From an uncultured archaeon (GTDB lineage: Archaea; Asgardarchaeota; Heimdallarchaeia; Heimdallarchaeales; Heimdallarchaeaceae), in NCBI GenBank assembly GCA_964534625.1, contig CAZHRF010000034.1, positions 1-35,423 on the forward strand: DNA of 35,423 nt, written 5' to 3'. Below are positions 26,336 through 35,423 of this stretch, in pieces (the first letter of the stretch is position 1; each line of letters begins with the position of its first letter). Position numbers and translations under genes: made by a program. The notes under the pieces are model-generated. The model searched no databases, had not been told where the DNA came from, and saw nothing but the letters and a program-made list of their open reading frames with translations.

Positions 26336-28573
26336 TTGATCTGGTATGAATGGAAGAATATCCTTAAAGAACTTGCATTATTAAAAAAATCATTTACTAT
26401 TCATAATGATAAAAAAAAGCAGTTGGGTATTTACTACACTCCTGATTTTATAGTGGACTATATCGTTCATAAAACAATTAATTTTAGGTTACTTGGTATA
26501 TTAAAAAAACAAAGGTCTTTGTCACATCTTAGCTCTCTGGATGACGTTTTTGTAACTGATAATAAGAATATATTGCGTACTTTGATCGAAAAAATATTAC
26601 CGAGTCTAACAATTTGTGATATGGCCCTTGGTCAAGGGGCGTTTCTTATTGGGTGTTTTAGATATTTATATCAATTAAATTCTAAATGTGTTGAAAGGTT
26701 AGGAGCGCAATATGTAAAAGAAGTAGTTATTTCCAACAAAAAAATTAGTAATATAAAGAATGGTATAATATATAATATATTGAAAAATAATCTCTATGGT
26801 ATAGACCTTTGTGAAGAATCAGTTCAAATTGCACGTTTATTGTTATTTAAAGAAAGTTTCAAATTAACTTCTCTAACGAAATTATTTTTTCCTGATGTTA
26901 ATTTACTTTCTGGAAATAGCTTGATTGGTTTTAATCTAGAAAAAATCAAAACTGGAAATTGGTTAGAGGGAACAAGTATAACAGATTGGTGTTATCATCT
27001 TCATAATGTATTTGAGAAATGTGGTTTTGATATTATACTTGGAAACCCTCCTTATATCAACGTAAAAAAGATTCCAAAAGAAAAAAGGATTCTGTATAAG
27101 TCACAATACAAAACATACAATGCAAATGGTGATTTATCGAATATCTTTTGGGAACTCGGAATTACATTATTGAGAAATGAAGGCTTGTTAGGTTATATAA
27201 CCCCAAGATATTGGATCGAAGGTGCTGGGAGTGGAAATCTGAGATTATATCTCCTAAAAAACACTCAAATCCATGAATTAATTGATTTTCGAAGTAATAG
27301 AACAATATTTAATCCAACCGAAAAATCCCTAGGTATTGATACAATGGTAGGAATAGTCCAAAAGTCCAAGTCCGGCCCTTCGTCTTCTATAAAGGTATAT
27401 ATCTTGGAATCAGATGGTGGTCTCTCGAAATTAGATAAATCTGATTTTAAATTTTTTAAAATAAATCAAAGTGATTTAACAGAAAAAAAATGGATTCTTG
27501 ACAAACCAAATTTGATACATAAAATAAATCGATATGCCAAATACAAACTAGGTGATGATAAGAAAGACAAGTCGTTCAAAGGTATCTGTTATATAGGAAA
27601 AGGTTGTTCAACAGGTAATAATAGGATATTCAAATTAAAACAAATAACAGAAAACAAATATGTAGGAAAAGATCAGATAGAATTATTACTATCAAGAGAG
27701 GAAAAATTGGTTTTAAGAGAGCTAATTAAAAATAGTGATATCAAGCAGTATTTTTATTGTGAAACTCCATATTATTGGATTTTCTTGAAAGATAAAGACA
27801 TCAACAAATATCCAAGAATCAAAGATTATTTACTCAAATTCAAAGAAAGATTAGATCAAACTATGAATAAGTATAATTCTAATCATTATTATGACTATGC
27901 TGCCTATAGATCATTAAATCTTATTTTTAATAAAATAAAAATCATTGTACCATATCAAGCAAAAAGAAATAGATTTGCGCTTTTAGTGGATAAGGAAGAT
28001 ACTATCTATGAAACTGACGTTATCACATTAGTCATTAAGGAGAAGTACTTAAATGCAATAACATGGGAATATTTAACCTGCCTTCTTAATTCAGCTTTGA
28101 TTCATTATTATGTGAAATTTATGAATAAAAAAATCTTTAACTTATATGATTTTAGAACAAATCAGATTGCGAGTATTCCCATTGTTATTTGTCAAAAACA
28201 AGCCATATTTGAGAAATTATTTAAAATATTAAGTAACCGCTCTTTATCAAACATATCATATGAAAATAAAAAAATAAAGAAATTTATTGATGAAGTGGAT
28301 TTATTTGTAAATTGTCTAATTTTTCAGATATACTTGTATCCAGATTCTGATTGTATATTCTGTGAATATATCAAACCAAGTGATTTGAATATTTTAGTGG
28401 AAGGTATTAATGAAAAAGAATATGAAAAAACAATTTTTGAATGGAACAATTTTTATAATAAATCAAAAATACAACAGTTTCTTTCAAATATTTTAAATAA
28501 TGGAGAGGTTAAAGAAATCTTAGATAATTCTTATTTGGCACAAAACTTAGCCATATTATCTTTTTTATGTTAA
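26336..28573 (+). CDS. N6-adenine DNA methyltransferase (Eco57I/TaqI-like) with C-terminal target-recognition region
   Basis: GIYYTP, DMALGQGAF (motif I variant), LYGIDL, FDIILGNPPY, YLTCLLNS. Confidence 0.9.
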   Translation: MIWYEWKNILKELALLKKSFTIHNDKKKQLGIYYTPDFIVDYIVHKTINFRLLGILKKQRSLSHLSSLDDVFVTDNKNILRTLIEKILPSLTICDMALGQGAFLIGCFRYLYQLNSKCVERLGAQYVKEVVISNKKISNIKNGIIYNILKNNLYGIDLCEESVQIARLLLFKESFKLTSLTKLFFPDVNLLSGNSLIGFNLEKIKTGNWLEGTSITDWCYHLHNVFEKCGFDIILGNPPYINVKKIPKEKRILYKSQYKTYNANGDLSNIFWELGITLLRNEGLLGYITPRYWIEGAGSGNLRLYLLKNTQIHELIDFRSNRTIFNPTEKSLGIDTMVGIVQKSKSGPSSSIKVYILESDGGLSKLDKSDFKFFKINQSDLTEKKWILDKPNLIHKINRYAKYKLGDDKKDKSFKGICYIGKGCSTGNNRIFKLKQITENKYVGKDQIELLLSREEKLVLRELIKNSDIKQYFYCETPYYWIFLKDKDINKYPRIKDYLLKFKERLDQTMNKYNSNHYYDYAAYRSLNLIFNKIKIIVPYQAKRNRFALLVDKEDTIYETDVITLVIKEKYLNAITWEYLTCLLNSALIHYYVKFMNKKIFNLYDFRTNQIASIPIVICQKQAIFEKLFKILSNRSLSNISYENKKIKKFIDEVDLFVNCLIFQIYLYPDSDCIFCEYIKPSDLNILVEGINEKEYEKTIFEWNNFYNKSKIQQFLSNILNNGEVKEILDNSYLAQNLAILSFLC

Positions 28574-28613
28574 CCTGTCCAAAAAAGATATACGTTTATA
28601 TCTAAGTCACTTC

Positions 28614-28865
28614 CTATTCTTTGAAAAGTATAATCGTTTTCCCTCGTGTTTCTATTACCTTACTATTAGTTAATTTTGCAAGATTGTTGCCTATTGGTTC
28701 CACACTTTTGGAAGGTATAGATTTTAAACATTTAATCTTAATAGCACTATATTTAGTTAACAGAACTGAAACATCGGAAATGAGATTTTCAGATAGACCT
28801 CTTTTTCCAATACGAATGTGTGGTGTCCCATGACGAATTTTATTGATTAAATCTCTTTTATTCAT
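28614..28865 (-). CDS. YhbY/CRM RNA-binding protein
   Basis: IRIGKRGLSE, IKIKCLKS, ETRGKTIILF. Confidence 0.92.
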   Translation of the reverse strand: MNKRDLINKIRHGTPHIRIGKRGLSENLISDVSVLLTKYSAIKIKCLKSIPSKSVEPIGNNLAKLTNSKVIETRGKTIILFKE

Positions 28866-28874
28866 TTTTTCCCC

Positions 28875-29219
28875 TCAATAGTAAGGTATTCTTGATTTGG
28901 CTTTGCAATTATGGCATGTAATTATTATTGTCTTCTTTGACGCATTTAATCGAACATGACAATTATCCCCGGGATAAAGAAATGTTTTGCAGTTTTTGCA
29001 AAATCTATTTTTCCATTTCGAAGGAAATTTAGACCTTGTTTTCATCTGTATTTTTCTAGCTTGTAAGGCTTGTTTTGTTCGTAAGAACGCATCTGTTTCC
29101 GATTCAGCGCGTTTCAATATCTTACTTATACATGTTTGTATTTCTTTTTTTGATAATTTCGATGGTCTTCTACTAGTCTTCCTAATTTCGTTTTTCTTTC
29201 GCATATTTTTCCGTTCCAT
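28875..29219 (-). CDS. rnp4: RNase P protein component 4 (Rpp21)
   Basis: RFCKNCKTFLYPGDNCHVRL...TCHNCKAKSRIPY; adjacent to yhbY. Confidence 0.93.
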   Translation of the reverse strand: MERKNMRKKNEIRKTSRRPSKLSKKEIQTCISKILKRAESETDAFLRTKQALQARKIQMKTRSKFPSKWKNRFCKNCKTFLYPGDNCHVRLNASKKTIIITCHNCKAKSRIPYY

Positions 29220-29793
29220 TTAAATTATGCCATGAGATGAATTGTTTAATTACAAATTTGATACCCTTTTTTAAAGTTCATTATGAATGGGATTATAGAG
29301 AAGACTAACACAAGACAAGGAAGAATTATAAAAGACAAATCATATAGATGTTAATTGAACAGCTATAAAAAAGGATACTATCTGTAAGAAATATAAAACA
29401 CATCACTATTTATGCTAAATATTATTGCTCTATTGGATATTACATGGGGTAAGAGTTGACAGTTATTTCACTGATAAAATGGAACAGGCAAGTATAGACA
29501 AGTATTTTGATTCAGCTTGATACAAACCTCCAGATGGTTTTTTTACTCGAAGTAGAACGTATCCCTATGAACTTGTGAAAAGTTGTATTTTCCACAAATC
29601 GGACCCTTGGGGCGTGATCAGGGGGAAATAAGTATTACGTGGTGGGAGGATGATTAAGACCAAGTACAGGAGAATGGTAGGGAACTAGGCGTGAGATGGC
29701 CATGATAACGCTTTTGACAGAGGTAGAGGGTTTCTAACCAAAGGTGCACTTATGGACAAAATGTTACTTGAACATGAAATAACAGAATCACTA

Positions 29794-30948
29794 TTATTTT
29801 GTTGGGTTTGGAATATTATCAATTAATTCACGAATTTGATTGTCCGGAATTTTCTTTCCATAATTATATAAAGGTTTTTTTTCTTTGATTTTTTTGTTAT
29901 CTTTTTTAGTCTCTTCTTTTCTATTTATAAATTCTCCTTCTATGTTTAAAGTATTTGACAAATCATTTTTTTTGTTAAAAAGATTCGATGAATTAATTTC
30001 GGATGTTTGATTTTTGAAAAACTTCATTTCTGTATTTGCTTCTCCTTTTTTCAAGAGATTCTTATTGTCTCTGCAATTAGACTTTATGTTATCTACCATA
30101 AAATCTGTAGCTTTTTTGGAGGTTTTAATAGCCACATTATTCCCTAAATGATAATTTTTTTGTTTACGTGATATCAAGTGACCAAGATTAAGTTGTTCAA
30201 TGTAGTGTTCTTTTAGTCTATAAGTATTAGAAATACCAAACATAAAATTAAGTAAAGATGTTTTAATGTCCTTAAAGGAGTGAAACCTTAAAATACAAGA
30301 AATGTTGTTCTTATAGTATTTCATGTTTCTCTCAAATAGTTTTAAATCTCTTTTAATTTCTTCAATAGTGGCTGATCTAAAAGTAAGATTTAATTCATAA
30401 ACTCTTTTTTTTGACACATTATCAGAGACTAAAGAATTGATGGTTAGATAAGTGCTAATTTGATTTTGAATAACCTCCCGAATGAATTTCAAAAAACCAC
30501 TGTCGATTTTTGCTGTTGGTTTTATTGATATAAAACAGTAATAATTAGCACTTATCTTAAAAATTCTTTGATTTTCTGTTCCTTTTATTTGAGATTGATA
30601 TAACTGTTGCATATCAGACAAGTGTTGTGTTGTATCATATTTTAAGATAGTACTTTGAATGCTCTTTTGTAATAATGATTTTTTCTTAACCTTAAATTGA
30701 GCAACAGTAGTAAAAAGTGATTCTAATTTATTTTCATTAAACAAAAACAAACAAAGGATCTCATTACTATTGAGTTTTAATGAATAAGGTAAGTTGAAAG
30801 AATTTAAAAAATTCAATAGGGGGAATTCATCTAACTTGATATGTTCAATTATTTTATTTCTAATTTTATAACCCAAAATGCCAATACATTGATGTTTTGT
30901 ACGTATAATGGACAAATCATCAACATCAATAAAGTCTACCTTATGCAT
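29794..30948 (-). CDS. hypothetical protein downstream of ftsZ
   Basis: 384-aa ORF 57 nt after ftsZ on the same strand; K/N-rich low-complexity C-terminal third. Confidence 0.75.
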   Translation of the reverse strand: MHKVDFIDVDDLSIIRTKHQCIGILGYKIRNKIIEHIKLDEFPLLNFLNSFNLPYSLKLNSNEILCLFLFNENKLESLFTTVAQFKVKKKSLLQKSIQSTILKYDTTQHLSDMQQLYQSQIKGTENQRIFKISANYYCFISIKPTAKIDSGFLKFIREVIQNQISTYLTINSLVSDNVSKKRVYELNLTFRSATIEEIKRDLKLFERNMKYYKNNISCILRFHSFKDIKTSLLNFMFGISNTYRLKEHYIEQLNLGHLISRKQKNYHLGNNVAIKTSKKATDFMVDNIKSNCRDNKNLLKKGEANTEMKFFKNQTSEINSSNLFNKKNDLSNTLNIEGEFINRKEETKKDNKKIKEKKPLYNYGKKIPDNQIRELIDNIPNPTK

Positions 30949-31005
30949 GTTACCTACAAAATAATAACGTATGAACTATTAAAAAGCCCACAAAGAAAGA
31001 AAAAA

Positions 31006-32196
31006 TTAATCTTTCCAGAGCTCTTTTATTGACATTTCATCATCAGGTTTAAGTAGGAAATTTGATTGTACATCCGCAATCACAACAGAAACGGCTACTT
31101 CATCTTCAGCCATGTCTTCATCAATATTACATCCCCAAATAAACTCAGCTTTTGGATCAATTTGATCTGTTACCATTGTTGTTATATCTTCTACTTCAGC
31201 CATTGAAATATTGTGATTGGCTTTAATATTGACAAGTGCTCCACTTGATTTAGATATATCGACATCTATCAAGGGATTGGAAAGCGCATTGGCAATTGCT
31301 TGAATAGCTCGATCCTCTCCTTTCCCTCTTCCTATTCCAATGACAGCGGGACCACTTCGCCGCAGAATCTTTTTTGTGTCAGCTAGATCAACATTAACTT
31401 TAGAGGGTAAAACTATTAATTCAGTTAAACTAGTCAAAGCATTTATTAATATTTCATCTGCCATACCGAACGCATTCCAAATACTTGAATCTGGGGCATA
31501 TTGGAGTAGTTTTTCATTAGGAATGGTGATTATTGTATTTGAGTTTTCATTTAGTTTTTCTAAGCCAGCTAATGCAGTTTTCATTTTTGTTTGTCCCTCG
31601 GCCGCAAAAGGTAATATACATACACTGACAACAAGACACCCTTCTTCTTGAGCAAGTTTTGCTACAAAAGGGGCTGCGCCTGTCCCAGTACCTTTACCCA
31701 GCCCACAAGCAATAAAAACCAAATCGATACCACTAACAAGTTTTCTAATGTCTTGTTCATTTTCTTCTGCAGCGGCAAGCCCTATATTTGGATCATTACC
31801 TGCACCTGTACCACTTGTGAGTTCTCGACCAATTAGTAATTTTTTATCAGCTGATGTTCTTAATAAATGGCGTGCATCAGTATTAATGGCAACAGTAGTT
31901 GCCCCTAATATCCCTCCACGTTCCATAATATTGTTAATTGCATTACTACCCGCACCTCCAACTCCAATGCCCAAAATACGATTATTGCGTAAAATTTTTT
32001 TAATGTAGGAGTTAACGGAAGAACTGGAATAGTTGTCTTGATTATCGTTATCATTAGATTCGAGAAGTTTCTCTAATTGAGTATCGACTGAGTCACTATC
32101 AAAAGCTTCTGATTTCCAAGAAGGATCAACATGAGCCATAATGTGCGCAGTTTCTTCAATTTTGTCATCAATTTTACCTACAAAATGCTTTTTCAT
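31006..32196 (-). CDS. ftsZ: cell division GTPase FtsZ (start 32196 or 32139)
   Basis: GVGGAGSNA, AINTD, GTGAGNDP, GLGKGTGTGAAP, NVDLAD T7 loop, NPLIDVD. Confidence 0.96.
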   Translation of the reverse strand: MKKHFVGKIDDKIEETAHIMAHVDPSWKSEAFDSDSVDTQLEKLLESNDNDNQDNYSSSSVNSYIKKILRNNRILGIGVGGAGSNAINNIMERGGILGATTVAINTDARHLLRTSADKKLLIGRELTSGTGAGNDPNIGLAAAEENEQDIRKLVSGIDLVFIACGLGKGTGTGAAPFVAKLAQEEGCLVVSVCILPFAAEGQTKMKTALAGLEKLNENSNTIITIPNEKLLQYAPDSSIWNAFGMADEILINALTSLTELIVLPSKVNVDLADTKKILRRSGPAVIGIGRGKGEDRAIQAIANALSNPLIDVDISKSSGALVNIKANHNISMAEVEDITTMVTDQIDPKAEFIWGCNIDEDMAEDEVAVSVVIADVQSNFLLKPDDEMSIKELWKD

Positions 32197-32318
32197 AATT
32201 CTCAACGAACAAATATTAATGATAAATAACAATACAGATAAGACGGAGAAGACTCGTGGGTATTACAACTCGTATTTTCTTTTATATATGATTCGTTTTG
32301 ATTTGCTTTTTAAAAAAG

Positions 32319-32394
32319 TGGTGCACGCGCCGGAATTCGAATCCGGGTTACGACCGTGGCAGGGTCGAGTCATACCAAACTAGACCACGCGTGC
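32319..32394 (-). tRNA. tRNA-Gly(GCC), CCA encoded
   Basis: GCACGCG acceptor; anticodon arm CGACC-CTGCCAC-GGTCG; T loop TTCGAAT. Confidence 0.97.
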
Positions 32395-32406
32395 GGATTA
32401 TCTTCA

Positions 32407-32480
32407 TGGTGCGCCGACCGGGACTCGAACCCGGGTTTCCAGCTTGGAAGGCTGAAGTCCTACCACTAGACTATCGGCGC
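32407..32480 (-). tRNA. tRNA-Gly(TCC), CCA encoded
   Basis: GCGCCGA acceptor; anticodon arm TCAGC-CTTCCAA-GCTGG; T loop TTCGAGT. Confidence 0.97.
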
Positions 32481-32818
32481 AACATAAACTATTCTTCTTT
32501 GATATTTTGTCCTTTTTAATTCTTTCTCTAAATGCTTAATTTGACATAAAACCATATAAAATGTCTCTCTCCTTTATCTCCTTTATCCTTTAAATCGTAA
32601 TTTCTTGCTAGTTAATGATGATTGTTACCGATGATTCGTTCCTTTAAATTATGACATTCATTTACTATTTTGTTTCAATTTATTCTACTTTGTTACATTA
32701 CTCCTATTTATTCAAATCAAGTAACTTCTTGGTGGTTTTCGGTTTATAATAGATATATTTAATAAACGCCTTTTTGTTTTTGCTTTAAGTATTAATTTCA
32801 TTAGAGGAGAATATGTAA

Positions 32819-33319
32819 ATGAGTAGTAATGAAGTAACAGTTGATCTTCTCGTTGATGGTGGTCGTGCCACACCTGGTGGTTCTATGGGTCCTGCTCTTG
32901 GACCAACTGGTGTAAATCTCAAAGAAGTTGTTGATGAGATAAATAAAAAAACAAAGCCTTACGAAGGAATGAAAGTTCCAGTAAAAGTAACTGTAAATAA
33001 AAAGTCTCGTACATTTGAATTGAGTGTGGGGATACCTCCTGCTTCCGCCTTAGTATTGAAAGAAGCTGGTTTGACAAAAGCCTCCGGTGAACCCAACACA
33101 AATATTGTTGGTAATATAACTTTTGAACAAGCAATAAATGTTGCTAAAGCAAAGTGGGATGATTTAACCGCTGCGTCTCTTGGTACTGCTGTAAAAGAAA
33201 TTTTAGGCACGATGGTTTGTATGGGTATAACCTGTGACAGCAAAGACCCAAGAAAAGTTCAAAAACAGATTGATGAAGGATCTTATGATGATTTGCTGGA
33301 AAAACATGATAAAAATTAG
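32819..33319 (+). CDS. rpl11: 50S ribosomal protein L11 (uL11)
   Basis: GGRATPGGSMGPALGPTGV, GMKVPV, PPASAL, KEILGT. Confidence 0.98.
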   Translation: MSSNEVTVDLLVDGGRATPGGSMGPALGPTGVNLKEVVDEINKKTKPYEGMKVPVKVTVNKKSRTFELSVGIPPASALVLKEAGLTKASGEPNTNIVGNITFEQAINVAKAKWDDLTAASLGTAVKEILGTMVCMGITCDSKDPRKVQKQIDEGSYDDLLEKHDKN

Positions 33320-33365
33320 CTTCTTTATCCCAAAATATTTATTAACACACGATGAGGTTTAATTA

Positions 33366-33569
33366 ATGAGTACAACTATAGTAAAAATCCGTTCGTTCGT
33401 TACTCGGGCGAAAAGATTAATGAGACATGCTAAAAGACCAAGCGGTAGGGAACTATCTGTAACAGCAAAAATAACAAGTGTAGGAATACTGCTGATTGGT
33501 ACAATAGGTTATGTGTTAAATTTAATATTTAGTACATTAATTGATGCTATTAATAGAGCACGGAGATAA
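33366..33569 (+). CDS. secE: protein translocase subunit SecE/Sec61-gamma
   Basis: AKRPSGREL...GILLIGTIGYV, followed by spt5. Confidence 0.93.
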   Translation: MSTTIVKIRSFVTRAKRLMRHAKRPSGRELSVTAKITSVGILLIGTIGYVLNLIFSTLIDAINRARR

Positions 33570-33613
33570 ACTAACTAAATTTTAGTAAGACATTTACCAA
33601 ATAAGGGATATTT

Positions 33614-34102
33614 ATGCCAATATACGCTTTAAGAACCACAATAGGTCAGGAACAATCATTAAGCCGCTATCTTACAAAAAGAGCGGAAAGTCGGGATCAT
33701 CTAAATATTTATTCCATTCTTGTACCTGGAGCTATTAAGGGTTACATATTTGTGGAGGCTAACTCTATTGACGATGTGGAAGTGCTTGTAGAGGGTGTAA
33801 GACATGTTAGAAAAAGACCTCGTGCATCTAGAGATACTGAAGTACCAATAGACGAACTTGAACATTTCTGGACAGTAAGATCTATAAGTGAGCGGGTAAG
33901 TGTTCATGATATTGTTGAGATTATTGATGGTCCATTCAAAGGCTCAAAGGCTCGTGTGATGGATATTAGTAAAAAAGAAGAAGTTACAGTAGAGTTATTA
34001 AGTACAGATTTACAAATACCTATTACTATTGCTGGTTCTTCTGTTAGGGTAATTGAAAAAGCAGAACCCGAGGAAGAAGAAGAAGGAGAGTATCTCCTTT
34101 AA
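33614..34102 (+). CDS. spt5: transcription elongation factor Spt5 (NusG)
   Basis: IYALRTTIGQE, KGYIFVEA, KOW motif VEIIDGPFKGSKARV. Confidence 0.97.
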   Translation: MPIYALRTTIGQEQSLSRYLTKRAESRDHLNIYSILVPGAIKGYIFVEANSIDDVEVLVEGVRHVRKRPRASRDTEVPIDELEHFWTVRSISERVSVHDIVEIIDGPFKGSKARVMDISKKEEVTVELLSTDLQIPITIAGSSVRVIEKAEPEEEEEGEYLL

Positions 34103-34186
34103 CTTTTATTTATTAATTAAAATAGATCCTGTTTGATAAATTTTTAGTTCTTCCGTTCTATATCTTAAAATGAGATCTTATGTCGT

Positions 34187-35233
34187 TTATACAAAGTCTA
34201 GAAGATCTTGACGATTCTTTGCATGTTTTAATGGTCTTGCAGGAATACCCAAATTTTTTCTAATAATAGCTGCAAGATCTGAATCATATCCATATAAAGT
34301 ATAAACTTTTTTTGGTTTTGCTAATTTAGTGAATTGAATTAGTTCTTGCGATGTAGAATGCATTGAAAAAGCGAAAGCTTGATTGAATTTATAATAGGGA
34401 AATCTTGAGGATTGTCCAGTAACAATAGCTCTTTGTATTTTTGTTTTTGGCAAAAAACTAGGAACTCTTTTTTCTCCTCTGTGAAGAAATATTACGCTAT
34501 TTACAATCTGTTTTGTGTCTAATTCATGTAAATTATAGTTCTTCCAATTTATTTTTACATTATTTTTATTATAGACTTCATTGATTCTAGCTATTTTATT
34601 ACCACAATAAACATCAATAGATAGCATATCATTAAGAAATGCGGTAATTTCTTGAGCTGGTCCTAAAACACCTATATTTACAATAGGAATTTTATTTGTT
34701 TGGATTGTTTTCATAATCCATCTAATTATCTTCAGTTTAATTTCATTACGTGCTTCAAAAAACAAATTATTGCTGCCATATGTTGCTTCTATAATAAGTA
34801 TGTCAATATCTTTATTTTCCAAAGTTCTTGCTTTTGGAACAGTAAGCATCTCATCCGTACTTATATCTCCCGTGTAACATATCGTAGCATCATCAAAGTA
34901 AAATATAATTTGTGCAGCTCCTAAAACATGACCAGCTGGTACGAATTCAACTTCTATATCATTTATTTTTGTTTTTGAATTGTAAATAATCAAATTCGAA
35001 TTATTAGCTGTTTTTTTTGTTAGAGCTTCATAAAGATTTTTTGTAAGTTTTGTAGAAAAAACTTTGATGTCTTTATTTGGGAAGGCGATAGAATGATCTG
35101 TATGGGCATGCGTTATGAAAACACTATTTGCTTGCTTTGCAACATTAGTAGTGATGGGATCAGCAAGAAACATTATATCTTCTCTAAATCTACGAATAGA
35201 CACGCCCTTTTTATACTCAACAGTAAATTTCAT
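34187..35233 (-). CDS. beta-CASP metallo-beta-lactamase ribonuclease (start 35233 preferred)
   Basis: ITHAHTDH, AGHVLGAA, YTGD, IEATYG, FSMHS. Confidence 0.88.
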   Translation of the reverse strand: MKFTVEYKKGVSIRRFREDIMFLADPITTNVAKQANSVFITHAHTDHSIAFPNKDIKVFSTKLTKNLYEALTKKTANNSNLIIYNSKTKINDIEVEFVPAGHVLGAAQIIFYFDDATICYTGDISTDEMLTVPKARTLENKDIDILIIEATYGSNNLFFEARNEIKLKIIRWIMKTIQTNKIPIVNIGVLGPAQEITAFLNDMLSIDVYCGNKIARINEVYNKNNVKINWKNYNLHELDTKQIVNSVIFLHRGEKRVPSFLPKTKIQRAIVTGQSSRFPYYKFNQAFAFSMHSTSQELIQFTKLAKPKKVYTLYGYDSDLAAIIRKNLGIPARPLKHAKNRQDLLDFV

Positions 35234-35423
35234 TCTAATCGTCCTAAAATTGCATGCGTTTAAGATGCAAACATATGCGCCTATTCGTCTCAAAGTAATT
35301 GGGAATTATAATGTTTATGTTAATACATGAGTTTTTTTAGGCAGTTTTAGGAACTGTCCTAAAAATATAGCACTTCACCCAACTGGCAACGTGAAGAAGA
35401 GGAACATGATGTACCTGTAGCCA

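Noticed and set aside
29220-29793. RNase P RNA or replication origin beside rpp21
   Set aside because: No P4 GAGGAA-like signature or convincing ORB repeats found by eye; kept only as an unexplained region.
32141-32519. Plus-strand ORFs 32141-32383 and 32298-32519
   Set aside because: Antisense shadows of the tRNA-Gly genes and ftsZ.

Overview
AT-rich archaeal chromosome segment, most likely from an Asgard archaeon (inferred from co-occurring gelsolin-domain, Rab-like GTPase, roadblock and Urm1-like genes beside archaeal core genes). Core content: rps10; PolD large subunit DP2 with a 241-aa mini-intein; rpl1-rplP0-rpl12; the rps19e-PDCD5-rpl39e-rpl31e-eIF6-rplX-pfdA-ftsY cluster; rpp21-yhbY; ftsZ; rpl11-secE-spt5; three tRNA genes (Cys with intron, two Gly). 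Strongest unexpected signals: (1) a MoxR AAA+ gene ending in a U_UUU_UUC slippery heptamer directly before its stop, whose -1 frame reads without a stop into the downstream VWA gene (candidate programmed frameshift giving both free ATPase and an ATPase-VWA fusion); (2) a kink-turn-like structured leader before rpl1-rplP0-rpl12 resembling the L10/P0 rRNA site; (3) a ~7.5 kb accessory block splitting the conserved yhbY-rps19e junction; (4) an FtsZ with GKGTG instead of GGGTG plus an unknown downstream gene. All calls come from reading motifs by eye; no searches or folding were run.
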